A stretch of 64,000 nucleotides of DNA from Octopus vulgaris (taxonomy: Eukaryota). The stretch covers positions 32,302,001 to 32,366,000 of the forward strand of contig OX597832.1 in the NCBI GenBank assembly GCA_951406725.2, read 5' to 3'. The translations under genes were made by a program, and so were the position numbers. Below are positions 1-13,830 of the stretch, in pieces; the stretch's first letter is position 1; each line of letters begins with the position of its first letter. A model generated the notes under the pieces. It was not told the origin of the DNA and made no database searches. It worked only from the letters and a program-made list of their open reading frames with translations.

Positions 1-334
1 ATTAAGATAAGATTAGAGAAAGAGAAGAAAGAAAAAAATAAAGAAGGAAAGAAACCAACGAAGGAAGAAAAGAGAGCCAGAATCTCATTTTATATCAATT
101 TAGTAGAGATATCTTCTGATAAGTAATATAATAGTTTAGCTTTTATGGTTTTCTTTTCGCCGTTGTGTGTCATTTCCTTGTGATTAGTCTGACGCGAGGT
201 GTGGAGTAATGAGCGCTCTGATGGTTAATTTTCGCTTCTCCTTTTTCTTGGCTTTTACCACGGTTTCCCCTTTTTGCTTCTTGTTTATCCTGCATCGTCT
301 TCCCGTTATTAAAGTAGTATTTTTACCTAAAACA

Positions 335-413
<79 letters not shown>

Positions 414-928
414 GTGTGTTGTGTGTGTATGTATGAAGCATAATTTAATAAGTACATCCTTTAAAGGTGTGTAACGTTTTTGTCATTAGGAATGGTGCTG
501 TAATTCTTCTTGTTGCTATTTGTGTATTTCGTTTTCGTTATTCTTACATTTACGATGGATCACAATCAATTAATATTATTTCTTCTGATATAAGATAAAA
601 TAGAATAAAAAATGACAAAACATAACAACAAAAACATACAATAGACACTAAAATCCATTATCTTAATGGACTCTATTTTCATATCCTCTTTCCTTCCTCC
701 TTCGTTTATGATTCATTCTCTCCTTCTTTCGTCTTATACATTTCATTTATGCTCAATTCATTCTCTCCACACCTCTCTCTCTCTTTTTCTTTCTCACCGA
801 CGTCATTCCTTTTGCGTGTGTACTCGTGAATAAAGTATTTTGCCTTTTAAATGTTGAATAAAATTCGCTCCTGTTTTTGTCTTTAATTATCTGCTAAATT
901 TTTAAATTAACCGAACACAAATGTTTGC

Positions 929-978
929 ATGACTGAATGACCGAATGACCGAATGACCGGATGACCGAATGACTGAAT
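929..978. repeat. 8-bp tandem repeat (GAATGACC)n, about 6 copies
   Basis: Direct reading: atgactga atgaccga atgaccga atgaccgg atgaccga atgactga. Confidence 0.85.
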
Positions 979-1489
979 TGATAAAATATCTCGGCATACT
1001 TTCGAAGAATCATCGTACATCCATTGACGTTGATTACTCTGAAAAGATGTGTCAGTAAACTTGTTAATTAATTAGTTGAACTTGCTATATACACATCAAT
1101 TATTGTCACATGCAGAAGAGGCTTGGACATGCAAAAGTGTTTTGGTTTTGCTCTAGGTTTCAGGTTCAATACTAACCCAGGACATTTAGATCTGATTACT
1201 AGCTTCTCTAAGCGGTTTGTGTCTCGCATCTGTTTGATTACGATGGACTATGTAGTTGTGGCAAGTATACAATGTGGACATAGTTGCCAACAATAATATG
1301 GAAGGTAGAACAATAATTTCTATGTTTATTATGAAAACGATAATAATGTTCTTTAGATAGAGCATAAACCGTTGTAGCATCAGCAGCACCGGTTGGTGCA
1401 TTCGTAGTGGTGCACAGAATGAAATAAACACAACGATATGAAAAATAAACAAAACAAAAAACAGAAAGACTAACTGCAGCAAGTGAGAA

Positions 1490-2195
1490 AAATATTGGTT
1501 TCAAACCTGAATGCCAGACACAAAATTTAGGGAATAAACTCGGGCGCAATAGCCGTAGTTTGGTAGAACACTGGAACCCTGAATTGGACAGAAGAGGAGC
1601 TAAAGGAGTTGGACAAGAAGACAAAAGATCCTTAACGATGCATAGGGGCCATCAATCACATGCAGACACTCATACATGAAGAGAACAAATAGAGGAAGGG
1701 AACCGTTAAATGTGGAAGATTGAATACGTATTGAACTCGAGAGTTAAATGAAATGCCTGTCGCAAGTAAGGAAGCCTTACTGGTGTCAGTTAGGGATGAG
1801 GGAGTATTGAAAGGGGAGGGAAAATAAATGAAGTACAAAAAGGACATAAAGAAGCATTAGGCAAAGTGGGATCACACAATCAATTCCATGAAGCCACAGC
1901 AAAAGTTGCTGGATAACATTTGTGGGGTTGGCTGAGAAAGGAACCCTGAACAAAGAAACTAAGAGCACCATACTAGCAGCACAAGACCAAAATTTGGCCG
2001 AAAACTTCAAGGTCGACCGTGGGAACGAGCAAGTGTCTCTGTTGTGCCGCATCTGTAATAGAGTGGATGAAACCATTGTTCATATCACGATACGAATGAC
2101 CTAGACTTATCCAAAAACCACTACAAGTTGTGGCGACACGACCAGGTAGCGAAAGTGCAAAATTGGAAACTGTGCGAAAAATGGGGACTACAGAG
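1490..2195 (+). mobile_element. Decayed R4/Dong-clade LINE, 3' part (post-RT region and zinc knuckle)
   Basis: Frame-broken translations GTLNWTEEELKELDKKTK..LTMHRGH, WLRKGTLNKETKSTILAAQDQ, CRICNRVDETIVHI and YKLWRHDQVAKVQNWKLCEKWGL. These are collinear with the better-preserved copy at 54.7-55.9 kb (NVLNWNMSEVKNIDRKIRK..MHHPKAD, WLRSSGLKAESEGFILAAQDQ, CQFCNDMIETVDHL, YKLRHDRVGQYLHW). Confidence 0.85.
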
Positions 2196-2201
2196 AGAAT
2201 T

Positions 2202-2869
2202 TGATGATGATGATGATGAGGAGGAGGTGGAGGAGTATGAAGATTATGGAGAGAATGAGGAGGAGGAGGAGGAGGAGGAGGAGGTGGTGTTGGTGTTGCT
2301 GGAGGAAGAGGAGGAGGTGATAGTGGTGGAGGTAGTGGATGAGGGGCCGGTGGTGAACGACTACGACGATTACGACGATGATGAAGATGGCGATGATGAT
2401 TATGGTGATGATGATGATGTTGACGATTCTTTTCTTTGCTATGCTGCAAGAATGATGTACGAATGTAAATTACAGAAACATTAGCCCCAAAATCTGAAGA
2501 GACAACAAACAGCATTCATGAAAAGCATCATGATTCACGGGACTAGATAGAAAGGTCCCGATTCGAGGATATCCGCCCTGAGCCAATCAAGAAATCCTGC
2601 AGATTCACTATGACCCTAGAAATCAAGGGTGAATGCCTTCACCCATCTCTGCTTGAACACATATGAACACATATCGCGATTTGTGAGTTGTACGAAGTGA
2701 TGAATGAATCTTTGGTGTGAAGGTGTTGTTGTTGGTTGTGGAGGAAAAGGACGAGGAGGTAATGGTGGTGGAGGTGGAGGAGGAAGTGGAAGAGGTGGCG
2801 GCGTAGAACGACGACGATGACGACGATGATGATGATGATGGCGATGATGATGATGGCGATAATGATGGC

Positions 2870-2923
<54 letters not shown>
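2202..2923. repeat. Compound trinucleotide microsatellites (GAT/GAG/GGT)n in two blocks
   Basis: Direct reading. These tracts produce the poly-E/D/H/P pseudo-ORFs in the track. Confidence 0.9.
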
Positions 2924-3996
2924 ACTTTCTCTGCATGTAAACTCTGGTCGTGACCCCGGCATATGAGCAGGGCGAATCGATCGTAAATGGAATCGTGTTT
3001 CCTATAATCGGTTACCAGATCGAAAGTTCTGTAGAGAACTCTCGTCTGAGATCTGTAGTAGAAAATTTATATTGAAACCATCAATAAAGAAGCCTTTTTC
3101 AAAGATGCTGAACTTCTAGCCTGGTCTGGTTGTTAGCAGTTCAGGAAGGAAAAAAAACAAAAATAACAACAAGAACAAGGCCAAGAACAAAAGCTTCATA
3201 GACGTGTTGAATCCAGCTGCACGTTCAGATGCCACGTGGCCCTCTGAGGCTGGTTGCCTTTTACAAAGAAGGTGACATGTTTGGAATGTGGTTTTAAGGT
3301 TAACGACCAGACTGTTGGCTGCTGGGAAGGAAACCGGAGTTTAGTGAAATTGACGGCGTTTGTTAAGGGTGGAGACGTATATTGTTCGTTGATACCCTTC
3401 ATTCTACCCGCCAACGTCACCCGCCTCTGCAGAGTTTGGCCTTGTTTCTCTGATAAGAACCAATGAAATATCCAAATATTTTGGGTTTCAATATAACAGT
3501 GGAGTGGGAGGGAGGGGTGGGGGAGAAAATTCCTTGTTGCTAAGGAACGAAATGGCATTTGTAACAGTAGTCATGTCAGTTATTTGTTGCTGATGTTGAT
3601 GTCATTGTTGTCGTCGTTATTGTTGTTGTTGTTAACAAAGGAGGATAACGATATCGTAGTTTGGTATTATGTAACTTTTGCTTCGTGGTTGCTCCGGCTG
3701 GTGGTGGTGGTGGAGCTGATGCTGTTAACTGCTGTTTTGGTGGCGACGGCGGAAGTGTTCAATGCAGTGACGTCGACGGTCACTGTGGCAGTGGCGGTGG
3801 TGGAGATGTTGTTACTACTGTTGTTAATAGTGGTGGTGGTGGTGGCGGCGGTGATGGTTGTGATGCTAACGTTGGTGCAGATGGTATTTTTGTTATTCAC
3901 AGAGGTACTTACGATGTTACTAACAGTATTTCTTATCGTTCTCTTTACCATACTAAACTTCGTGTTGTAGTTGATGTTGTTGCTGCTGTTGCTGTT

Positions 3997-4363
3997 GAGC
4001 GAACGATCTTCGTCCAAGAGTTCGCAAGATGGGAGAAGTCCGAAACGTGGTCCCTTGCTATTCGTAAGACCCGCAGAAGAGAAAGCAGGTCAACCCCCGA
4101 CACCGAGAGCATCGACGAATGGATGAATGCACATCCAGGCTCAGTGGTTGCATAGGAAGTCGGGGACAAGAAACAGGAAGAAAGAGTGAGAGAAAGTTGG
4201 AGCGAAAGAGTACATCAGGGGTCGCCCCCCCCCCTGCCAGAGCCTCGTGGAGCTTGAGGCGTTTTCGCTCAATAAACACACACAACGTCCGGTCTGGGAA
4301 TCGAAACCGCGATCCTCCGACCGCGAGTCCACTGCCCTAACCATTGGGCCATTGCGCCTCCAC
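3997..4363 (-). mobile_element. tRNA(Arg)-derived SINE, apparently full length, with TSD
   Basis: Minus-strand head ggaggcgcaaTGGCCCAATGGttagggcagtggacTCGcggtcggaggatcgcGGTTTCGATTCCc gives an A box, a TCG anticodon-like position and a B box. It is flanked by the direct repeat tgctgttgctgtt (3984-3996 and 4364-4376) within a (TGT/TGC)n tract. Confidence 0.8.
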
Positions 4364-5344
4364 TGCTGTTGCTGTTACTGCTGCTGTTGCTGTTGTTGTT
4401 GTTGTTGTTGTTAAGCAACAAGACGGGTAAGGGTGATTCGGTGATGGTCTAGGGCTTAGGGGCAGGAGACCCCAGACCTTGGAAAAAAAATTTGGCCATC
4501 TTGTAGTCGAGGGCTCTTCGTTGGCGCCCGACATCACTGGGAGGTGGCCCTCGAAGTCGCTTGAAATGGAGATATCCAGGTCCAAATTCTTGAACGGCCG
4601 CTGTTGCTCTTCATATTGATATTTGACCTCAGGTCAACCCTGAATGATACGCAATAGCCACATCGTCTTTCTCCACGGCCTCGTTTATCTAAAATATATA
4701 TAACACGTAAAGGCTGTTTCTTCTAGCAGACTGGTCAACCTCATAGGGAATCTTTATTGAATTCTCTCATTAGTAGAGGAGCCACTGCGGACACTTGAGG
4801 GACCGTGTCACTCTCTTCATCGTTGCTCTTTAGCTCTACGTCAACAAACCCAAATCTACTTGATCCACGATGAAGGGCTATTCCAACCATGATCATCATG
4901 CCTTGTGTTCAGCAACAGTGTATCCAAAAACCAATATCATTGTTATTTTACATTTAATATGGTAAAATTTAAATTTAAGGAAGATTTGCTCCTATTTCTA
5001 GCACTCCGACGACCACATTCATCGGAGAAAGAGTATTTATGTTCCTACTGATGAAAGTAAGGAGAAATTTGGAGGTCGCTAGAGATACTAGAAATAGCAA
5101 CTGAATCACCTAACCGTCTTAGAAGGAGGAGAACATTTAGAATATGTGGAAATGGATTCGCTGTAGGAAACCACACGAAACGGTCGCCGCTAGATTGACA
5201 TTAACCATAGGTTTGTGGGAGAGAGGATGACATGGGGCCTCAACATCGCTAAGAAAGAAAAAATGATAACCGCACTGATAATAATAAATAGAACAAATGC
5301 AACTGCAAGGGTAAGAACGATAAGCGTTGTTCATGTTTAATTAG

Positions 5345-5495
5345 AGACACGTAACTTAGCGGTTCGGCAATAGAAAACGATAGAATAAGCACCAGTCTTT
5401 AAACATAAAAACTAGGGTCGATTCGCGCGACTAAAATTCTTCGAAGTGGTGCCCCAGCATGGCCGCAGTCTAATAAATTGAAACAAGTAAAAGAC
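5345..5495 (+). mobile_element. 3' part of SINE family B (same family as 30646-31060)
   Basis: cgtaacttagcggttcggcaa...gatagaataag...ggtgccccagcatggccgcagtc...gaaacaagtaaaaga matches the reverse complement of the 30.6-30.8 kb copy. Confidence 0.8.
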
Positions 5496-5659
5496 CTTTT
5501 CGTTTCTTACTGTGTCTGTCATTTTGATTGTTTTGCTTCATCTCAAGTTACGAATTTATTAAGCCCACTTATGACCAAAGACATTCCAGGCATGACCATC
5601 AAGATAGATATTTTGTTATTATTTTAAGAAACGAATAAAGTTGTGATCTGGAAGAATCA

Positions 5660-5830
5660 TCAGGACGCCGGGTAAAATGCTATTAACAGCACTTCCTCCA
5701 CCGTAGGTTCACAGTTCAAATCTTGCCGAGGTCGGAAGTTTTCTACCATACTTTCGGGGTCGATGACAACTTTTCACTCATTGGACAGTGGGGTTCCTGA
5801 AGTCGACTTAAGCACCTCCCCGAAATGATT
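5660..5830 (+). mobile_element. Diverged SINE family A copy
   Basis: gttcaaatcttgccgaggtcgg...ctttcggggtcgat matches the family A B-box and central motif. Confidence 0.6.
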
Positions 5831-6457
5831 GGCCGGGAAGTAATATAAGGCACCGATGCATGGTTTAAGGGAGATTAAGCTGTTCTTTCTACCATTGTAC
5901 CTCAATCACGAACAAGGCCTCTTGTGAGCTCGATATAAAAAGAGGTTGGTTGATGTAAGCAAGGAAGTCCGGGGAGTGGTCGCTGACTGAACGGTGCAAA
6001 TGAATTAGATTTCTTCCCCAAATTGACTGCCAAACATTTTTGGTGGTGGAGGCAGTGGTGGTGGTGGTGGTGGTTGCGGTGGCGCCGATGGTACTAATGT
6101 ATGTTCTTTGTTGTTGTTGTAATTGCTGGAGGCGGTGGTGATGGCGTTTCTGAACATATATGTTTGTCTTTACGTATGTCAGTTGGATGTGTTCGTTAAC
6201 TGCCTGAATTTCTTATTCTCTAATAAGTTTCTCCATTATTTGTTTCTACCCACAAAATATTGTTGTTTTTTGCTTTTTTATAGCTGCCGATCTGTTTTTT
6301 AATTTTGTTGACGTTCATATTGTTGTTATTGTTAGTACCACATTATTGTTGTTCTTTGTGTTATTGCAGTTTTCAATTTGCGCCCATTTAACTTTTCCAC
6401 ACCATATATACATACATATATACATACATATATACATGCATACATACATACACACAG

Positions 6458-6491
<34 letters not shown>

Positions 6492-6844
6492 ACACATATA
6501 TATATACTTACATGTGTGCGTGTGTATGTGTATGATGAGCTTGTGTGCATGTATATCTATATATGTGTAGGTGTATGTAAACATGCATGTGTGCAAATGA
6601 GTGTATTTCAATGTAAATCTTCTTTAAGTATTTGGTTACAAGAGTTGTAAAAATTACTGAAATATAATTTCATGCGCATGCGTACAGGGTCTATCTCTCA
6701 TCTACCCCCCTCTCACTCTCTGTTTTCTGTTTCTCTCTCTTTCTTTCTTTCATACACGTAGTCATACAAATGAAGGCATCAATATCCAAGTATAAACATA
6801 TATGCATATTTTTTATTCACACACACAAACGTGCATACACACAT

Positions 6845-7046
6845 GCACACACAGACACGCACACAGACATACACACATGCACACACAGACACACACACAG
6901 ACATACACACATGCACACACAGACACACACACAGACATACACACATGCACACACAGACACGCACACAGACATACACACATGCACACACAGACACACACAC
7001 AGACATACACACATGCACACACAGACACACACACAGACATACACAT
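6845..7046. repeat. 34-bp CA-derived minisatellite, 6 copies with (ABB)x2 higher-order structure
   Basis: The unit is gcacacacagacac(a/g)cacacagacatacacacat. The G variant occurs in copies 1 and 4 only. Confidence 0.85.
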
Positions 7047-7140
7047 ACATATTTATAAATGTTGTGTTGATAACTGCACCTGAAGAATATATGATATAAA
7101 TACACACACGCACGTATGTTGCAAAAGTATTTATGTGTAC

Positions 7141-7175
<35 letters not shown>

Positions 7176-7974
7176 CATACATACATAAATGTGAATGTAT
7201 ACATATATATGAATATGTATGGAGGAAAGTCTTTTGTGAATATGTATGTGTATATATGTATATATGTATGTATGTGTATATATACATATATTTACATACA
7301 CATACACATATATGTGTATTTGGAAAGGGATACGACTATCGAGACACACGCATACATGCGTACATACATATGTAGATACATACGTACAAACATACATAGG
7401 TACATATATATAGACACGATGTTTATGTATATATGTGATGTCTGCTAAGCTGGTTTTAGTAATAGTAATCTGGGCAAAAATGGCGGAAGATAAAGCACGC
7501 GAAAAAACATTAAGCGAATATATATATTAAAATAAAAATGAAGGACAATAAATGAGCAGAAACCATAAATACCCGGATGTTTGCCAGAATATCATATTAA
7601 TTTCCCTGTACTTTACAAATATACAACGTGGCTTTTATTTGATATTTTTACAGAGCTTTTTTACACAAATTTTCTGTTTGTATTCTAATTGTATTTTTTT
7701 CTTCATAAATTTTATGGTCTCTGTTTATCATTGCAAGCTTCTTTTCAATACTTATCTCACTTTACCATTCCTCTCATCTCCTTTTCAATTTTTATATACA
7801 TCCACTGAAATGTTTTCTGCTCTCTTTCTAGTGTATTCCGCGTCACTTTTATTTGCATCCTATGGTGCTATGGTGATCAAAAGTGGAGACGATTATAATA
7901 ATAATGTTTGTTTGTGTGCTTGTCTCTTTTAGATATCAACAGTATTCGTTAGTTATCTATCAAACATTTCACAG

Positions 7975-8019
<45 letters not shown>

Positions 8020-8275
8020 TGTATATGTAAATACATACATATGCATATATACATATATATGTCTCTCTTTCTCTCTCTCTCTCTAGATACATAAATATAT
8101 ATATACACACACATATATATATACATTTATATACATATATATGTACACACAGCCAAGCACATTTGTAAGTGTATACATCACATACTTGTGTATGCGTATG
8201 TGTATACATTCGCGTGTGTATAGGCATGTATGCACACGTGCTTTTGGATATAAATATGTATATTCACGTTTCGTT

Positions 8276-8317
<42 letters not shown>

Positions 8318-9189
8318 TGAGTATATATATATATATATATATATATAAGCGCACGGACGGGGACACACACACACATATATATATATATACACTTACGCTC
8401 CAAGAGACACTCACATACAGGCATACAGAGATATGTAAAGGTATGTATACGCATGCGCGTGTGTGCACATAATGTGTGTTTGTTCGTGCTTGTACACGTA
8501 TATTTTACCGTTCTCTTAGCTTTAATAGAAACGTCTGTGACTACCCTCGTGGTAGATTCGTTTATTCTAAACATGTACCGTTTCAATTTTGGTTTGTTTA
8601 CATAAAACACAATTTATGCCACAGAAATTCTCAATAACATTCCCTCTGAACAGTAACTTGCAAAGCTGTTGGATGCTTTCGGAAATTTCTATCGCTTTGT
8701 AATTGCCGTTCGGGTTCCTTTCTGTAGACAACGGCAATGTGTTTACAGAAACAAAATATACAGTGTCTGTCAATCGTCTTCTTATAAAAACGAACATTTG
8801 CTCTCCTAAAAAGTAATGAGTTATCCTTCAAATCAATGTTATATTGTCTTTATAGATGCCTCGACATAAAATCAATCATTAATATCTGTAAACCTACACA
8901 GTTCATATTGAAAACATTGCAAATTTTTTACTATTTCCCCGTAGATTGGAAGAAAGAAAATCAGTGGAGCAGCCTTAATTGATGTAGGAGCATCATCGAG
9001 TCCTGATCCGAAGTGTCTGCATTGCTCCATCAATACTGGAAAAGTAATCAGCCAATCTACTGATATACACAGCAAATTCATTTGGCGTCAGGGAACTGAG
9101 CTAAGTGATTTCTATAACATAATATTTAACATATCAACACCCCGTCAACGGGGATTGCAATCCGCTGTTCCATAGTTTTTTTTTAAAAG

Positions 9190-9295
9190 CTCGGTACATA
9201 TTCTATCGGACTCTTTTTCCCGAACTGCTAAGTTAAGGGAACGTAAGCTCACTAACAGCGGGTGTCAAGCGATGATGGAAGGACAAGCATACTCT
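9190..9295 (-). mobile_element. SINE family B internal fragment
   Basis: attctatcggactctttttcccgaactgctaagttaagggaacgtaa...gtcaagcgatg matches 30738-30815. Confidence 0.7.
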
Positions 9296-9322
9296 CATAA
9301 ATACATGCATACGTATATATGA

Positions 9323-9382
<60 letters not shown>

Positions 9383-9597
9383 TGTACAATTAAACACATA
9401 ACAGGTATCCATCAGAAGGAACAGCTAAAGTCTAAACCATTATTAGCGATAAAAACTCAAAGGGAATGAAAAATAAAAACATTTACTATCTGTACATTAT
9501 ATTTTACATGAATAATATATTGTCTATTGACTAACTTTTCTACACGCCAGGCCACAGGGAGTAAACAATTCTAAAATCTTTATTGCCCTGATATTAT

Positions 9598-9642
<45 letters not shown>

Positions 9643-9662
9643 CTATGTGTATTTATGTGCAG

Positions 9663-9677
9663 CTATCTCTCTATCTG

Positions 9678-9740
<63 letters not shown>

Positions 9741-9741
9741 G

Positions 9742-9812
<71 letters not shown>

Positions 9813-9825
9813 GTCTATCTATCTA
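9663..9825. repeat. (CTAT)n tetranucleotide microsatellite
   Basis: Direct reading. Confidence 0.95.
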
Positions 9826-12124
9826 CGTGCTTGTTATTGCTCGTATGAATTTCTTGATGTCACTGATCTTCCGTTCCTGAGACTGGATTAAACTCCATAT
9901 TTTCTGCTATTTCATGTCATCTCAGTAACTTGTCACTTTGAATGTTATCGTTTTCTAGCTTAATATTTAATAATCTTTCTAAATGAATGTTGGAAACCAA
10001 ATAACTTATTATTAATATGCTGTGCGTTTGCATATAAAATTGTTATCGCTCTCTTCTTCTGACTGTTGGTATTCCCAATAAAAGAAATCTCGTAAAACAC
10101 CATAAATTTTAATCTAGAAAAAGAATCACAGTTTGAACGGATATTCTGCGCGCACGCGAGCGCTTGTATGTGTGTGTGTGTTTTGTTAACCCATAATATT
10201 CATATAACAACATTATTTTTCAAACCAATGCAATGGTTGATTCTGTGATACCAAATTTCCACTCATTTGTACGCCGTATGCTCATAGTTGTTGTAAATAT
10301 TACGTCAGTAACAAAAGGAAGGAAATATGAAATGGTATTTAATTTGCTCCTTTAATCGTTTATCAGAAAGAAAGACAGTGCGCATGTCTTTTTACAGTAC
10401 CCTGCGAGTGGTAGAATGGAGAGAGGTAGGAAGTTGTCGTCAAAATGATAGATCTGATCGGATGCGTTTAATAGTGTTATCAACATCCAAGCTGCCGCTG
10501 GTATACAGACCACGGATTAAGTCGTCTAAATAGAACTTGACTGTATTCGAACTGAGAACGCAACGCAAACGTTTCTACCTTTGATTGTTATAATTTAATT
10601 CGGTCTGAAATGGTTGAATGCAAATTCGAACTTGCCACGACGCTCTGTACGACTCTACCGATAAAGTGTATGTAGATAAGGGATATGGGAGTTTAGGCGC
10701 CCTAGTGTAAATGACTGGTTTCAAACAAGTGAAATTTGCGACTGTAGTTTGGCTCTAACATGTAGAAATTGAACCCATGTATCCCGGAAGCCATGCCCCT
10801 CCGCCTTTGGCTCTTCAAAACAAAAGACACTTTCTATAGTTAGTTTCAGATAAACAAAACGAAGGGATGTTAACGAGTGGGAAGCCATTCATTGTTGGCC
10901 TTTCTCGGTCATGGCTGATCTAGGGCGAAACAAAACATCACTAACAATGTGTCGTATTAATAACATACTTCCTTTAGGACAACAATAAGCACGTTTCCAA
11001 TAATTAATTCACCAAGTCTATGTTCTCTGCTACAATATTCTCTTCCACTGTGTTGTTATACTGAAAGGCGACATTATTCTATAGATTGTTTACATCTAAC
11101 CAAGAGGTGATCTGACCTTCTTTTTCTCACAAGGGCTAATAATATATATAAACAGAAATCAATAGAGAAAGCTCCTAGCAGAAGAACGCATACATTTGTT
11201 GTGAATTGGAAACTTTATACACGGTTGCTTTGAAGGGAATCGGTAGCAGTTCTACTCGCACATTTTCGCTTTTCATCTTTCTCTCACTTCAAACGTATCC
11301 ATTATTTTCCAATTTCAAATATTAATTTGTGAATTGGAAAAGAAGGTCAACATTCAAAGGAGCAGATCATACACGATGAAATCATCACAAGTGCATTATG
11401 GGTAATATCTATGCAGGGAATTTGAAAGGAACAAGTCGACCTCAGAAGAAGATAAACCACAAATTCAATGGCAGAGAGAATCATTGAGTGCTGAATGAAT
11501 GGAAATGCAACGAAAGTCTTTGAGTAAGGCCCTTGCGTCAGTGAAAATCATCGCGAAATTATTTAATATTGTGAACTTATAAAGTGATTTAATATTGCGG
11601 CAGACCGTGACTAATTTTCTTATCGTGTCTGTAAGGGAAACTGTACTGGTTGGTCTACATGCTAGAAACAACAAATGCATTCACCACAAAATGGATGCTT
11701 ATTGTTTTAAAAACCCCAGAAGGATGGAAACAAAACGTCAACCTCGGCAGAATTTTGACGTTGGAACATAGAGACCTGTAATATATATCAAAAGTCCGCG
11801 AACCGACCTTCAAACACCTTTGCCAATTAACAGGTGAGCAATGTCTAGTAAATACAAGGAAGAGTCAAGCAAATGTAATGACATGACTGTTGCAATGTCT
11901 GTTCAAATACAGTTAAGCACAAACGGGAGGGCAACGACACCATCCACAAAGTTCCTGCTAGTCTGTGTGTGGTGTTGAATCATAAAGTATGAACATCATG
12001 GTCGACATAAGTTTTGCTTGAAGTCAGATTGTAAATTTTCGTGACTACTTATTGACCTCTGCTTCAGGTACAAAAACACATTTAGATGAAGATAAATTGA
12101 TGCTAAACACGTCAGTACTTTACT

Positions 12125-12300
12125 TGTTTAAGCACTTCGCTCCTTGTAGACGATAGGCTATCGGCGACTTTTATCTACAGTTCACAACACTGGGCTGTTT
12201 TTTCTGTTTCTCTTCGGTTCACACCCTGCTTTTATTCATCTTGCTCTCAGTATCCCGCCCCAAGCTAGTTTTGACCTTCACTTCGCCCACGTCTTGTCGG
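12125..12300 (-). mobile_element. Decayed RTE-clade LINE 3' end (tentative)
   Basis: The minus strand gives frame-broken KTSWGRDTESKMNKAG..ETEKTAQ..SLSSTRSE, which resembles the typical RTE C-terminus (RPKTTWRR.VE.EMK..G......AQDR..WR....LCSTRS). Confidence 0.45.
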
Positions 12301-12679
12301 TGATGCTTCTGTAACTTTGATTTTGTTTAAGATATATCTGTTGCCCTTACACAAATCCACTTCTATTCTTTGAACCGTTCAATATGTAAGGCTTTACTTG
12401 GAGGTTGTGCTCCGCTGGAATAACTCTCAAGGACCACTGCGGCACAGGAGCCACTACACTTTAACAAGCATTGGACCGTGCAGTTGACCTTACTATTTTA
12501 TTTGTAATTCCTTGTGTTCAACCGCGAACAGCCAACGGCCAGGTCAATCTTGGCCGAATTGGCTTTGCTAATGTTAATGAACATAAACTATCGCAAGTAA
12601 GCTATATATTTTGTGGAATTGTAGAATGAATAATTACTCCTTAGCAAAAGTGTGGTTTGGATAGGTGTAAGCCGAAATA

Positions 12680-13270
12680 TGGAAGTTGAAGGTGTAAGCT
12701 GAAAGATTGAAAAGTGAGAGATAAACCTAAGGAAGGTGAGAGCTGAATGTATGGAAGGTGAGAGCTGAAAGTATGGAAGGTGAGAGCTGAATGTATGGAA
12801 GGTGAGAGCTGAATGTATGGAAAGTGAGAGCTGAATGTGTGGAAGGTGAGAGCTGAATGTATGGAAGGTAAGAGCTGAAAGTATTGAAGGTGAAAGCTGA
12901 ATGTATGGAAGGTGAGAGCTGAATGTATGGAAGGTGAGAGCTGAATGTATGGAAGGTGAGAGCTGAATGTATGGAAGGTGAGAGCTGAATGTATGGAAGG
13001 TGAGAGGTGAATGTATGGAAGGTGAGAGCTGAATGTATGGTAGGTGAGAGCTGAATGTATGGAAGGTGAGAGCTGAAAGTATTGAAGGTGAGAGCTGAAT
13101 ATATGGAAGGTGAGAGCTGAATGTATGGAAGGTGAGACCTGGATGTATGGAAGGTGAGAGCTGAAACTATGGAAGGTGAGAGCTGAAAGAATTGAAGGTG
13201 AAAGCTGAATATATGGAAGGCGAGAGCTGAATGTATGGAAGGTGAAGGAGTGAAAGTACGGAAGGCGAAA
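12680..13270. repeat. 22-bp minisatellite (GGTGAGAGCTGAATGTATGGAA)n, about 25 copies, plus an outlying copy near 13355-13381
   Basis: Direct reading. The 234-aa minus-strand ORF has a 22-aa period (3 units), so it is a repeat artefact. Confidence 0.95.
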
Positions 13271-13519
13271 CCATAATTGAAAATGAAAGAAAAAGAGGCA
13301 GATATGCATTGACGACTGTGTAGGTAAGGTTATATCAGAAAACATAGAAGATGAAGGTGAGAGCTAAAGGTATGGAAGGTGTTCATGATGTGGATGAACC
13401 GCAAAAGACATGGAACGATGAAACTGCTGGGTCGTGGGGTATCTCGCCAGTTTAAGGAAATAACACAGGATCAAGACAACGACGATTTGCTTTATGAACT
13501 TCAATGCCATCCACGATTG

Positions 13520-13830
13520 CTTCTTCTTCTTCTTCTTCTTTCTCCTCCTCCTCATCATCATCAAGTCCTTCTTCTTTCTTCTCCTCTCCTCGTCCTCGTC
13601 CTCATCATCATCATAAAGTCCTTCTTCTTCTTCTTCTTCTTCTTCTTCTCCTCCTCCTCCTCCTCCTCCTCCTTCTTCTTCTTTCTCCTCCTCCTCCTCC
13701 TCCTCCTCATCATCATCATCAAGTCCTTCTTCTTCTTCTTCTTCTTCTTCTTCTTCTTCGTCTTCTTCTTCCTCATCTTCTTCCACTTCTTCTTCTCCTC
13801 CTTCTTCTTCTCCTCCCTCTCCTTCCTCTA
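13520..13830. repeat. Compound (CTT/CCT/CAT)n tract with a thrice-repeated catcatca(a)agtccttcttc junction
   Basis: Direct reading. Confidence 0.85.

Noticed and set aside
4024-4059. gcaag-atg-gga gaag tcc-gaaac gtg gtc-ccttgc resembles a hammerhead
   Set aside because: The CUGANGA box is absent, and the stretch is the antisense of a SINE body.
7474-7487. YY1-like motif aaaatggcgg suggesting a promoter
   Set aside because: It is a single short motif without a CpG-rich context or a downstream exon.
8945-9045. Possible exon (tttccccgtag acceptor, open frame IGRKKISGAALIDVG..., gtaatc donor)
   Set aside because: There is no recognisable protein similarity, the donor is weak, and no partner exons were found.
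9380-9601. TA-flanked segment with possible hammerhead 3' halves at both ends and a cagggagtaaa/tttattgccctg stem
   Set aside because: There is no CUGANGA box on either strand, so it is too incomplete to call.
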